A stretch of DNA of 64,000 nt from an uncultured bacterium (GTDB taxonomy: Bacteria > Babelota > Babeliae > Babelales > Vermiphilaceae). Under the pieces are notes generated by a model, which ran no database searches, was not told the DNA's origin, and worked only from the letters and a program-made list of their open reading frames with translations. This document shows, piece by piece, positions 20,429 to 29,776 of the stretch (its first letter is position 1; each line of letters begins with the position of its first letter). Location: the NCBI GenBank assembly GCA_963702025.1, contig OY969699.1, forward strand, positions 992,001-1,056,000, given 5' to 3'. A program made the position numbers and the translations under genes.

Positions 20429-21058
20429 TTATGGCAGTTTAGTTTTTTGAGTAAGAATCGCAACCATACGAGTCCTATCGGTCGGCTTATTGGTATACCC
20501 GCAATCGTAAAGGCCCCGCGCAAAATCTTCGGCCGTTTGGTCATTTTTATTGCGGATTTCCCGATCTGCTCCAGCATTAATAAGCATCTGTATTGTTCTG
20601 GCGGAAGACCTACAAGCAGCTAAATGTAATGCAGTATTACCATTGTCATCTTTTATATTCACATTCGCTCCCGCTTGCAGCATCATGGCTAATATACCTC
20701 GCGTATTATGGTGAATAAGAAGATACATTATCGCTGTTGCTCCGGCTAGATTCGTTTTATCAACATCAGCTCCAGCTGCTAGAAGTATCCGCACAATATC
20801 CGTTGTTTCGCGGCGACGATAACTAACACAAGTCATTAACATGGTTTTGCCAAGATGATCCTGCGTATCAACAACAGCCCCCGCTTGCAGCAGCTCTCTC
20901 AGTTGTTTGGCAGTAGTATCATAGCTTCTCAGAATCCCTCTCCAAGTATTCTGTGCCATCTTTCTATTGGCCCTACTCATTGCCAAAAAAGTTGAATGGT
21001 GTATTGATAGTGCCCAAAAGCTTACTAAAGTGCATACTAACTTACCGTTTATCTTCAT
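20429..21058 (-). CDS. Secreted ankyrin-repeat protein
   Basis: LLAAGADVD, GANVNIKDDNGNTALHLAA repeats. Confidence 0.9.
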   Translation of the reverse strand: MKINGKLVCTLVSFWALSIHHSTFLAMSRANRKMAQNTWRGILRSYDTTAKQLRELLQAGAVVDTQDHLGKTMLMTCVSYRRRETTDIVRILLAAGADVDKTNLAGATAIMYLLIHHNTRGILAMMLQAGANVNIKDDNGNTALHLAACRSSARTIQMLINAGADREIRNKNDQTAEDFARGLYDCGYTNKPTDRTRMVAILTQKTKLP

Positions 21059-21176
21059 TTTTAACCTTTTTATTTCACTTATTATTTCAATTCACGCCAT
21101 AAAAAAGCCTGTTGAATTACGATTATTTATAGTTTTACTATTAAAGGGCTTCTGTAAGGATAAGAGAACAGTTTTA

Positions 21177-21860
21177 TTATATGACATTTTCTTGAATCAA
21201 TAACTTTTTTAATCGCTGTGCTTGCACATTTGGATCACCAAATTCTTGTTTAAAATGAATTAGCTTGATATTAAACTTTGTGCAATGTTCAATGGTAGCT
21301 TGATCAACATAGCGTTTACTTATTTGAAACGATTCATCAAAGCCAGGGTTATTGTCCCAGTTGCGGCCACGTGCTTTTAAAAATCGTTTCCAGTCTTGCA
21401 AACTAATATCAAAAAGCACCACGCAATCAGCATCGCAAAATTGTGTTTCATCAAGAATATGAATCTGTTTGAGTAAAGATAAATAGGGATCATCTACAGG
21501 AACCAGCCATTCCATGCCGGGTTTATCAATATAATAGCCGGCAATCTTTAAAAAATACGTATCGATAAGTACGGTTTTACCGTCAGCTCTTAATGCACCA
21601 GCATTAACAAATAGGGGTATCCAAAACTGTCGCCTAGCAAGCATTGCCGTTGTTGCATGATAATCGTACCATCGACGGGCTACCACCGGCCACTCCGATT
21701 CTTCCGGCTCGCATAAACATTCAGCATCAATTTTCGGTGCCAATAATCGGGCCATGGTCGATTTGCCACTACAAGAATGACCAGAAAAGATAATTACTTT
21801 CCCCAATTGCGCATTCAAAGAAATAAAAAAAAGTAACCCAAAACTAATTATTATTTTCAT
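21177..21860 (-). CDS. P-loop kinase (deoxynucleoside/nucleotide kinase-like) with signal peptide
   Basis: GHSCSGKST Walker A, VLID, FLKARGR.WD lid-like motif. Confidence 0.7.
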   Translation of the reverse strand: MKIIISFGLLFFISLNAQLGKVIIFSGHSCSGKSTMARLLAPKIDAECLCEPEESEWPVVARRWYDYHATTAMLARRQFWIPLFVNAGALRADGKTVLIDTYFLKIAGYYIDKPGMEWLVPVDDPYLSLLKQIHILDETQFCDADCVVLFDISLQDWKRFLKARGRNWDNNPGFDESFQISKRYVDQATIEHCTKFNIKLIHFKQEFGDPNVQAQRLKKLLIQENVI

Positions 21861-22386
21861 ATAAACGATCTTTCATGATGCATGGAATGGATTGAGGAAT
21901 GCGGTGATCTATTTGCAAAATCTGAAATAAATCCTGAATCTGTTCAACAGCTGGCGCTATAACTTCCACGGTGGGTTCTAAGCTTTGAATATCTTCAACA
22001 AAAATTCGCATGTGGTTCCATGAATATTCCCATCCGATTCGTGAAAATGAAAAAAGAAACCAATATGAAGGATCAAGTATTTGCTGAGCTTCTTCAAAGG
22101 TATCACATTCTTGGTGAAATACCGTTATGCCCATTTGCCCTTGTTGCAGTGTACGTTTATGCACGACCACTACGTTTTTTTGAGCCCATTGCGTTTTTTG
22201 ATAAACCCGAATGCGAACAAATTCTGTATTTAAATCAACATTGGGTATTGCATAGATATGATCGGTAAATGCATATTCACCTTTATATGCTGCACCAGCA
22301 TTTTGCAAAATAGAGCGTGTTTCTGGGATATGAGAAATAAGGCCCCGCACTTCTGCAAGGCCTTTATAAGTTACTAATTTCATCAT
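21844..22386 (-). CDS. CYTH (class IV adenylate cyclase/triphosphatase)-like protein
   Basis: FTDHIY, FVRIR, R..WEY, IFVEDI..L.PTVEV pattern of CYTH barrels. Confidence 0.6.
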   Translation of the reverse strand: MMKLVTYKGLAEVRGLISHIPETRSILQNAGAAYKGEYAFTDHIYAIPNVDLNTEFVRIRVYQKTQWAQKNVVVVHKRTLQQGQMGITVFHQECDTFEEAQQILDPSYWFLFSFSRIGWEYSWNHMRIFVEDIQSLEPTVEVIAPAVEQIQDLFQILQIDHRIPQSIPCIMKDRLYENNN

Positions 22387-22418
22387 GGTTTAATATTTTG
22401 AGCAAATAATTCTACTTT

Positions 22419-23048
22419 TCACCATTGTTTTTCAGGCTTCATTTCATAAGCAAATAATTGTAATTTACACTTACTTTGCGGATTATTTTGGTCTTCTAAA
22501 TATTCCTGCACGCTATTTGCGGAGCAATGATCGTTAATATGCTGCGCTACTTTTTGCAACGTATTGCTCACCGGTACGGATGGTTTGGTATGATCACGTG
22601 GATAGTAAGATTCTTTTTTGACTAACTGAGCAATGTCTCTATTGGTCAGATGAAATTCTGCAGAATCCTCTTCTACCTCTGGCACCAGCCGTTCATTATC
22701 GATAAGATAATATTGATCCAAACATTCATGTTTTTCTGAATCGCATCTTTTTACGTGCGCTATGAGTTTTAGCATCTCTATTGTTACGCCAATACCCGTC
22801 TGCCGTTCCAAATAATCTCGCGCCGCTTCAACTGCAGATTTTCCCTGAGTAACAATTCCGCCTGGTAATTGTATCTGTGATGGCTGGACTCTATTGTTAA
22901 TAAAACATGGTAATGAGTCGTAATCAACTACCGCAACCGAAATGCTCACTCGTAAAGCAGCAGGCAAGGGAGTATCCATTGCAAACATGGATACCGTGCT
23001 ACAAAAAACTACGACCATACATGATCTGTTTAAGCTCATTAGATACAT
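22419..23048 (-). CDS. Secreted NUDIX-fold protein with degenerate Nudix box
   Basis: LPGGIVTQGKSAVEAARDYLERQTGI; signal peptide ending MFA-MD. Confidence 0.7.
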   Translation of the reverse strand: MYLMSLNRSCMVVVFCSTVSMFAMDTPLPAALRVSISVAVVDYDSLPCFINNRVQPSQIQLPGGIVTQGKSAVEAARDYLERQTGIGVTIEMLKLIAHVKRCDSEKHECLDQYYLIDNERLVPEVEEDSAEFHLTNRDIAQLVKKESYYPRDHTKPSVPVSNTLQKVAQHINDHCSANSVQEYLEDQNNPQSKCKLQLFAYEMKPEKQW

Positions 23049-23200
23049 CTTAACTCCTTTATTTATTCAGTAAGTCACCCACGGTATTACCATTATCACG
23101 AAGCTGCATGTCAGCGCCACGACTCAGCAATAATCCTTTGACTTCCTGAAAATCCGGATATTGTTTTTTATCCTTTATGTTCATCGAAACTCAAAAAATT

Positions 23201-24025
23201 TTACCCATTATTCTTTGCAAGATGTTCTTTAATATGCTCAAGATCAACTTCCGGCATCATTTCCAAATCCAAACGAGCCAGCAGTTTATGCCATTGATAA
23301 GAAACCCATGACGCATTTCTTTTGCCCCAACCGACCTGTTTTTCACGTGCCGATATCAAACCTTCAGCTCCGATGTTATCGATAGATTCCAGCTCATGCT
23401 TTAAATAGGTTTGTATCTTATTTCTTTCATGCAAGCCATATGCAATGCCGTTAATCGCAGCACAGCTACCAACAATAGCTCCCGCTTTTGAAAACACAAC
23501 ATCTTTTACGATCGGCAATGCACGTTGAGCAAGTTCCAATAGCTGATTGCGATATGCCGCAACTAACGCTAACCCGGCAAGACCCATGCTTACCTTTTTT
23601 AACGTGCTTAGTTTCTTATTCTTTGGGAATTTCAATTCAGGATTATAGTTATTTGCGATTTCCGCTAAGCGTATAGCAATGTATGCTGCTTGCTCTTTCT
23701 CGGTTAAATATATAAAGAAATTGGGCCGTAAAATTACAATGTTATTGCCAACTTTTTGAACAAAAACATTTATCGGGCGCCATGGTTTGGAAATGGCGGT
23801 ATAAAAATGAATATCTTTTTCATCAAGACCGGATTTTTTTATTGCATCTTTATAGGCCTGTGGTAATTCACCCTCCAATGGCATTACCTCATCATACTCA
23901 TCATGCAGAATCACTTCATGTGCTCTCATAGTACGATATTTTTCTGTTGCATCTACCGGTTTTTGTTCATCAGCGATTATTGATGCAGTTATGAATATTA
24001 TGCTGAATAAAAGTCTTTTTTTCAT
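23201..24025 (-). CDS. Secreted/membrane protein, degenerate M48-peptidase-like
   Basis: LTEKEQAAYIAIRLAEI lies where LxxxExxAxxAHELxH is expected, followed by two TM segments. Confidence 0.5.
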   Translation of the reverse strand: MKKRLLFSIIFITASIIADEQKPVDATEKYRTMRAHEVILHDEYDEVMPLEGELPQAYKDAIKKSGLDEKDIHFYTAISKPWRPINVFVQKVGNNIVILRPNFFIYLTEKEQAAYIAIRLAEIANNYNPELKFPKNKKLSTLKKVSMGLAGLALVAAYRNQLLELAQRALPIVKDVVFSKAGAIVGSCAAINGIAYGLHERNKIQTYLKHELESIDNIGAEGLISAREKQVGWGKRNASWVSYQWHKLLARLDLEMMPEVDLEHIKEHLAKNNG

Positions 24026-24166
24026 ATTTTTCCTCTTCTTAATGTTATTGTTATTTTTATGTCACTAGTATACTGACTATGCTTTTACGATTCAATTTCA
24101 TTGTTGAACTTTAAAACAAATACTTTATACTTTGCACAACTTTAATTGGCTGCACTAAGGAATACC

Positions 24167-24673
24167 ATGAACAAAATAATCACATTTTATCTTATTTCCC
24201 TGATATCTATCAATTGCACCGCAATGGGAAAAAATGAATCTATCGTATTTGAAGAAAGTGCTGAAAGTATTCCTGCATTCGAACCAAATCCTTTTCAATA
24301 CCCGCAATCGCTAGGCCCTGACTATTTTGATTGGCAGGAAATTGCTGCATTTCAAACTGAAAAAGGGGAGAAAAAGCGCATGGGCTCGATTCATATAAGT
24401 CAGGATGATCCTTGCCAGATCTTATATGTCGGCGTCCAAAAAGAATATCGAAAAAAAGGAGTGGCAAAGCTTCTATTACAACAAGCAGTAGAACGTGCAA
24501 AAAAAGCCGGATGTACAAAAGTTTCAGGTATCGTATCGTCAGGTGATTTTTTGCTCGATCCAAAAATAAAATCTTATTACGAAACGTTAGGCGCAACTAT
24601 TTCTTGGGGTTGTGACGCACGTAGGCACTTTCATGTTGCTACTTACTTATTACCGCAAGAACCAAAAGTATAA
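24167..24673 (+). CDS. GNAT N-acetyltransferase with signal peptide
   Basis: VGVQKEYRKKGVAKLLL acetyl-CoA motif. Confidence 0.85.
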   Translation: MNKIITFYLISLISINCTAMGKNESIVFEESAESIPAFEPNPFQYPQSLGPDYFDWQEIAAFQTEKGEKKRMGSIHISQDDPCQILYVGVQKEYRKKGVAKLLLQQAVERAKKAGCTKVSGIVSSGDFLLDPKIKSYYETLGATISWGCDARRHFHVATYLLPQEPKV

Positions 24674-24795
24674 ATCGAAAAAGGAAAGTTGTTTTTTCGG
24701 CTATTAAATAAACTTATTGAGCTGTTTCGCTCTGTTCCAGTCGCATACTATGGGTTACATATAATCGCAGGGTTAATGTTGCTAAATAGAAAGTT

Positions 24796-25539
24796 TTATT
24801 TCTTTTCTAGTTTGCGGAGATGCGCATTAACTCGATCGCGAAGATGCGCAGGAACTTGCTCAATAGTATGTTTCTTTTGAAAAATCAAGTCTGCTATTTG
24901 TGAACTTGATAATTGAGCTAAAGAAGGAAATCCTTTAAGCAGTTTCATTGTTGAAAATTCAAGATTGTCGCCAGCAAGAGTTATTTCTGATCTGATATCC
25001 AAGGGACCATTTACTAAATTTGCAGACCCTTGCTCAGAATATGGAGCAACTGCAAGTCTTGGCAGCTTTGGTTCTTTTGGCATTCTCAAAACATCGGCTG
25101 CAAGACTCATGGTATATTTTGCCTCATTTTTATCAGTAATAGTTATGGTATAGTATAGATCGAGTAAATCGCTTTTACCCCATGCATGATACTTTTCTAC
25201 CTGTTTTGGAATCTCTGCATACAAGTGCTGGCCATACAGCAATGGACTATCTTCCTCCATTGCTTGCCTAAAAGTGTTAATTTTTTCTTCTATGGTTACT
25301 ATTGTTTTGGGATTCAGCGTATATGTTCTGCGATTTTTTGTGCTGTAGATGAGATATTGTGTATCAGTAGCATTATTTATTGTGGTAGTAAGAGTTCCCA
25401 AATCTTTAATAATAGGGCGTTGTTTTTGCATTACAGGCGCAGGGGCAGGCCATTGCAACATTGCATCAGTAGGGAAGTATAATCCAAACATTAAAAGAAT
25501 ATTCAGAAATGCAATATAATTCTGCATTTTTATCACCAT
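24796..25539 (-). CDS. Secreted hypothetical protein with C-terminal SOCS/BC-box-like motif
   Basis: Signal peptide ending TDA-M; tail FPSLAQLSSSQIA...IEQVPAHLRDRV. Confidence 0.65.
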   Translation of the reverse strand: MVIKMQNYIAFLNILLMFGLYFPTDAMLQWPAPAPVMQKQRPIIKDLGTLTTTINNATDTQYLIYSTKNRRTYTLNPKTIVTIEEKINTFRQAMEEDSPLLYGQHLYAEIPKQVEKYHAWGKSDLLDLYYTITITDKNEAKYTMSLAADVLRMPKEPKLPRLAVAPYSEQGSANLVNGPLDIRSEITLAGDNLEFSTMKLLKGFPSLAQLSSSQIADLIFQKKHTIEQVPAHLRDRVNAHLRKLEKK

Positions 25540-25719
25540 TAATCATGAAAAATGTATTTATCAATTAGAACTATAGAGAAGAGAACGATTTATTTTCAAG
25601 AGATTGTTTTTTGCTAAGGAATATTTAATTTCTTAATAAAGTAAGTATTTTTGTTGTGCAAAAACAGATTTTATTAAATTGATAGAGCGTAAAATAGCAT
25701 GATTTTGAGTCTCTTTCTT

Positions 25720-26100
25720 TTATGCATCTGCCATGACGCGTCGCTGATGCTGCATTACCGGTGAAAAATTTGGTATTCCAAACGTAACGACTGCAGTGCC
25801 CGTTCCTACAATTACGCTTGCTACGGCAACTGATTTTAAGGGATTATTTGAAATTAAACGTGCTGCAGAGTCAAATAAACTTTTTGCTTCTTGTTTTACT
25901 TCATTATCTTTTTTAGCATCAGGTTTTTTAGAGAGTTTTTTATAGGCGTATATACCTACTGTTACTCCAACTGATGCAGCAGCAAACGCAGCAAGATACG
26001 GATGGCGCGCTACTATGCGCTCAAATCCATTACTGTGCGCATTCATATTTATGCTTGAAAGAGTAATCAAAACTAAAAATATTTTGGAAAAGTAATCCAT
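25720..26100 (-). CDS. Small membrane hypothetical protein
   Basis: Signal peptide and two repeated [H/N]P-x-x-A..A..VG TM units. Confidence 0.65.
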   Translation of the reverse strand: MDYFSKIFLVLITLSSINMNAHSNGFERIVARHPYLAAFAAASVGVTVGIYAYKKLSKKPDAKKDNEVKQEAKSLFDSAARLISNNPLKSVAVASVIVGTGTAVVTFGIPNFSPVMQHQRRVMADA

Positions 26101-26257
26101 AAATGCCCCTTCTAGATGAATATATTTAAAGAATTATCTCTGATTTGTTATCATCTGTCAATTTTGTTAAAAAATAAATGCTGGAAATGTCGAATGTTGG
26201 CCTTTATTTTCATAAAAATGATAATAGGCCTCTTCTGAAACTGATGTATTTATGCTC

Positions 26258-26920
26258 TTATGCACCGATTAGTTCTTTTATTTGCTGAGCAATCTCTTGC
26301 GCACTATTTTTTTCCGAGTTTACGCGTAAATCGTAGTTGATAGTACCATAGATCGTAAAATAGTGGCTGCGGGCATGACCTTTTGGCGATGTACCGCGGG
26401 CTGCTTCGCGCTGTTCTAAAGTTGCCAATGAGATATCAACCGCAACATAATAGGTGCGTATGCCGGCAAGTTTCTTTTGCAGATCAGTGAGCCATGCTGG
26501 ATCATAGGCAATATAATCAACAATGACATTGCAACCATTTTTAGCGTAATCCGCAATGGCGCTATTCATTCCATAGGCAACCTTGGTCCCTTGCTCGCCG
26601 ATAAAAAGAGTGATTATTTTATTGCCATTTTCATCGGTGGATTCTTGCACCCACCGAATTGGATTTGGCGATTGCCAGAAGCTCATATTTTCTGCAGTGA
26701 TATTCGGCATAGGTGCATCAAAAAGCATATCGATACCGGTTTTGCACCATAAATTTGGCATCATCAGATGCTGGAACTCTTTTTGAATTGATGATTTACC
26801 AGACCCGGATGGACCATTTAAAATTATGACTATGCCGGTGGCAGTCGTGGTAATATTTTGATAAAACATCCATGCTGCGCCAGTGGCAATGAGTAATATA
26901 AGAATAAGTATCATTTTCAT
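26258..26920 (-). CDS. CPT-like P-loop kinase with N-terminal anchor
   Basis: ILNGPSGSGKS, GID, NVIVD, LEQREAARG, YDLRVNS. Confidence 0.85.
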   Translation of the reverse strand: MKMILILILLIATGAAWMFYQNITTTATGIVIILNGPSGSGKSSIQKEFQHLMMPNLWCKTGIDMLFDAPMPNITAENMSFWQSPNPIRWVQESTDENGNKIITLFIGEQGTKVAYGMNSAIADYAKNGCNVIVDYIAYDPAWLTDLQKKLAGIRTYYVAVDISLATLEQREAARGTSPKGHARSHYFTIYGTINYDLRVNSEKNSAQEIAQQIKELIGA

Positions 26921-27230
26921 ATGATAATCCTGTTTGGGTAAATAGGTTTACCTAGCATTGTTCATAGGGCCGTTCTTGCATTCGTTTTTTGAGCAATCCA
27001 GGCAAGCCATGTTTTGAATAATTGTAGGCTCATAATTAAATATAGCCTACTGAGTCTAAGCTGGCTATACTGCCTCTTTTTTTGGCGTAAATCTCGGGAA
27101 GTAAATGCTATCGGATGTTCATGAATTATGGGATACGCTGATCCCGATTGCTGAATTAGCTGTTATTTCTTTGAGATTTTTCAATAAGGTTTTCCAGTTA
27201 AAAGTTCGAAGAGTGACCAGTGACTGCAGT

Positions 27231-27346
27231 TCTACTTCGCTCGCAAGCGAGCTACGAAGAACAGGCCTTCCTCTTTAAAGGTAAGATTAAAAGAAAAAAT
27301 AATGCGAAGTAGGACTGGAGCCCTTCGAAGCTTTAGCGTAGTAGGG
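27231..27346. repeat. Hairpin repeats upstream of the GIY-YIG gene
   Basis: CTTCGCTCGCAAGCGAGCTACGAAG and CCCTTCGAAGCTTTAGCGTAGTAGGG imperfect palindromes; related to the 13637-13661 unit. Confidence 0.6.
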
Positions 27347-27369
27347 CCCAGCCATTTAATAATAAATTT

Positions 27370-27612
27370 ATGTATTACGTTTATCTGCTCAGATCCCTAA
27401 AAGATCCAACTAAAACTTATATCGGTTATACCACTAATCTTGAAGAACGAATTCAAAAGCATAATGCCGGAGGATCCATTTTTACTGTTGATTTTAAACC
27501 TTGGAAAATTGTTACTTCTATTTGTTTTGACGATGAATCTAAAGCAGTAGAATTTGAAAAGTATTTAAAGGGTGGTTCTGGCTATGCATTTGCGCAAAAA
27601 AGATTGTGGTAG
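27370..27612 (+). CDS. Small standalone GIY-YIG nuclease
   Basis: YYVYLLRS...TYIGYTTNLEERIQKHN...AVEFEKYLK. Confidence 0.9.
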   Translation: MYYVYLLRSLKDPTKTYIGYTTNLEERIQKHNAGGSIFTVDFKPWKIVTSICFDDESKAVEFEKYLKGGSGYAFAQKRLW

Positions 27613-27867
27613 GTCTTTTGCAAAACGCCATTTATAAATTTCTATTTTGATTGCGAAGAGAAAGCTAATGAATTTGTTTGTCCGCCATAGCATTTAGCAA
27701 TAATGGACCGTCCTATTTTTTTATTCAATATCGAAAGATAAGATATATCTTAAAACAGGTTCTTTCCAATTATTGGTATACCGCGTATCGGCAAGTGATC
27801 GCATTAAAGGATTTGGTGATAAAAGGAGATCGCCCCATAATTGGCCATCGCGAAGATCTTAACTTCT

Positions 27868-28479
27868 TCACTTTCCGCTCTTTTGCTGAGCAAGCAATGC
27901 TAATAAACTTCCGATCGAATTAAGCCCAGGAATGATTTCGATACTTTTAGTATATTCACCAGAACTATTAAAGTAATTACTATTTACGTTTATAATATGA
28001 TCAATTAAGCCTAACCTAAAGTTATCGCCCATTTTGCTTATTTCCATAGTCTTTAAATTTAGTATAGCATTCCTATTTAGAAGTAATTCATCATCATTAA
28101 GCACATAGGCATTTGATACTTCTGAGAGAGTATAGTGCTTATCATTTTTCACGTCATAAAGATCTGCATTTTTAGTGTTTGTATTCCAATGAAAAATAAA
28201 TTCTTCATTAATTACCAGCACTTTGGAGTGCCATCTAGCGGAGGAATCAATTTTGATAGGGAGGATTTGTGTAGGTTTTGCTTGCGCGATATCCCAGAGT
28301 TGTAAAAGGCCTTCCGCGGTGCAACCTATCAAGGTATTGCTATTCAATTTAATGCATTGGCCGTGTAAACAATTATCTTTGTTGAATGGTACATAACGAT
28401 AGCTATCGGTTTTCAGGTTCCATATTTTGATAGCCTGTGGGGAATAAGAAAGATATCTGTTTTCATCAACTATTTTTTT
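27868..28479 (-). CDS. WD40/beta-propeller-like reading frame with no ATG at its 5' end (remnant or frameshift extension of the upstream ankyrin gene)
   Basis: Frame is open from the A8 run at 28473-28480; IKIWNL, LQLWDI and ADLYDV motifs. Confidence 0.5.
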   Translation of the reverse strand, partial: KKIVDENRYLSYSPQAIKIWNLKTDSYRYVPFNKDNCLHGQCIKLNSNTLIGCTAEGLLQLWDIAQAKPTQILPIKIDSSARWHSKVLVINEEFIFHWNTNTKNADLYDVKNDKHYTLSEVSNAYVLNDDELLLNRNAILNLKTMEISKMGDNFRLGLIDHIINVNSNYFNSSGEYTKSIEIIPGLNSIGSLLALLAQQKSGK

Positions 28480-29459
28480 TCAGGATTTTCAACTTTTCTA
28501 ATGCGTAATAAACGAACTATTTCGTTATATCGTTCTTCTTTTGCATAATCGAAAATAGATTTGCCATCGCACAGCACATTAGTGTTTGCATTATGCGATA
28601 AGAGTAATCGAAAGACATCGGTTGCTTTATTTTTCACCGCTTTAACCACTGCGGTCTCTCCCGCATCGTTTTGTGCTTCAAGAGCAGCATGTTGGTTGAG
28701 CAATGCCTCAGTGCAGTTAACGCAATTGGTTGCTGCGGCAAGCATGAGGGCTGTATTGCCGGTTAAATCTTCTTGTGCATTCGGATCACACCCGGCATGC
28801 AATAGAGCGGCGGTAATTTTTTTATGATTTGGATACATCCTATTATCTACCGCAGAGCACAAGAGTGGCCAACTATAAAATTTATTGTTGAGGGGTATCA
28901 GTTTAGTATTAAGGATTGCTTGGACAGTGTTTACCGCCTCATTATTGGTATCCGAGTCTTTAAGGGCATTTTCGAAAATCGAAATAAAATCATCGGTATT
29001 CATGCAGGTTTTTAAGATGCCTATAATGTCCCAGCGCTTTTTTGCCAGAGCGGTCTTAAAAATTCGCTCTTTATCTTTTGGCCATGCTATAACGGTGGCG
29101 TCGCCCGCAGGCATAGGAATGTAATACACGCTTAGAGGATTAGAATAGAGCTCGTCTTTGCGTTTTTCTTGCGCGTACGCGATCTGCATGTCTCTCATGA
29201 AGGCATTAAGAAATGAAAAGTTTTCGTTTCCGGTATTGAGAATAAGTTTTTTGCAACCTGCGTCTATCTTTAGATTTTTTGCCACGTACTCGGCAAGCTC
29301 TTCAGTGGTATATTTGTTCCATATCTCCCGAGCAGCAAGATGCTTGAGCGGTTGAATTGAGGAAAGTTTTTCTGTGGCAGCTGCCTGAGTTAATTCCATT
29401 GCATGGAAATTTGAAGCTCCTGCAAGAAGCAGGATGCCGGTAATAACTTGATTTTTCAT
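28470..29459 (-). CDS. Secreted ankyrin-repeat protein with N-terminal BC-box-like motif
   Basis: FHA-ME signal end, IQPLKHLAAREI, ankyrin repeats GNTALMLAA and GETAVVKAV. Confidence 0.9.
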   Translation of the reverse strand: MKNQVITGILLLAGASNFHAMELTQAAATEKLSSIQPLKHLAAREIWNKYTTEELAEYVAKNLKIDAGCKKLILNTGNENFSFLNAFMRDMQIAYAQEKRKDELYSNPLSVYYIPMPAGDATVIAWPKDKERIFKTALAKKRWDIIGILKTCMNTDDFISIFENALKDSDTNNEAVNTVQAILNTKLIPLNNKFYSWPLLCSAVDNRMYPNHKKITAALLHAGCDPNAQEDLTGNTALMLAAATNCVNCTEALLNQHAALEAQNDAGETAVVKAVKNKATDVFRLLLSHNANTNVLCDGKSIFDYAKEERYNEIVRLLRIRKVENPEKK

Positions 29460-29745
29460 AATTTTTCTCCATTAAAAATAATATTATATTAATAAATTTA
29501 CACCATTTTAAATATTTGTCAATTTCAATTGAGCAATAATTATAAGCCCTAAAAGGATTACAAATAGAAAACTCCCCCAGGGTTCAGGTGAACCTATATT
29601 TCGGTTTCTTTTAAAAGAAACCGAATAAAAGAGTGTTACACATAGAAAAGAGAGTATTGTATTGCCACTATTTATCGGGTATCCTTTTTAGCAAAATGGA
29701 CATACATCATGCGTTGAGCTTTTAAAGAGTAGAGAAAATGCGTGA
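29394..29745. repeat. Duplication copy 1 (signal-peptide start, divergent intergenic region, 3' stub of an ankyrin gene)
   Basis: 29394-29693 matches 31343-31634; 29692-29745 matches 32171-32225. Confidence 0.85.
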
Positions 29746-29776
29746 AGGCGGGTAGTGCCACTGCGGTATAATTTAT

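Noticed and set aside
26950..27230. Possible pseudogene fragments before the GIY-YIG repeats (also 27640-27870)
   Set aside because: Short broken frames with no identifiable homology.
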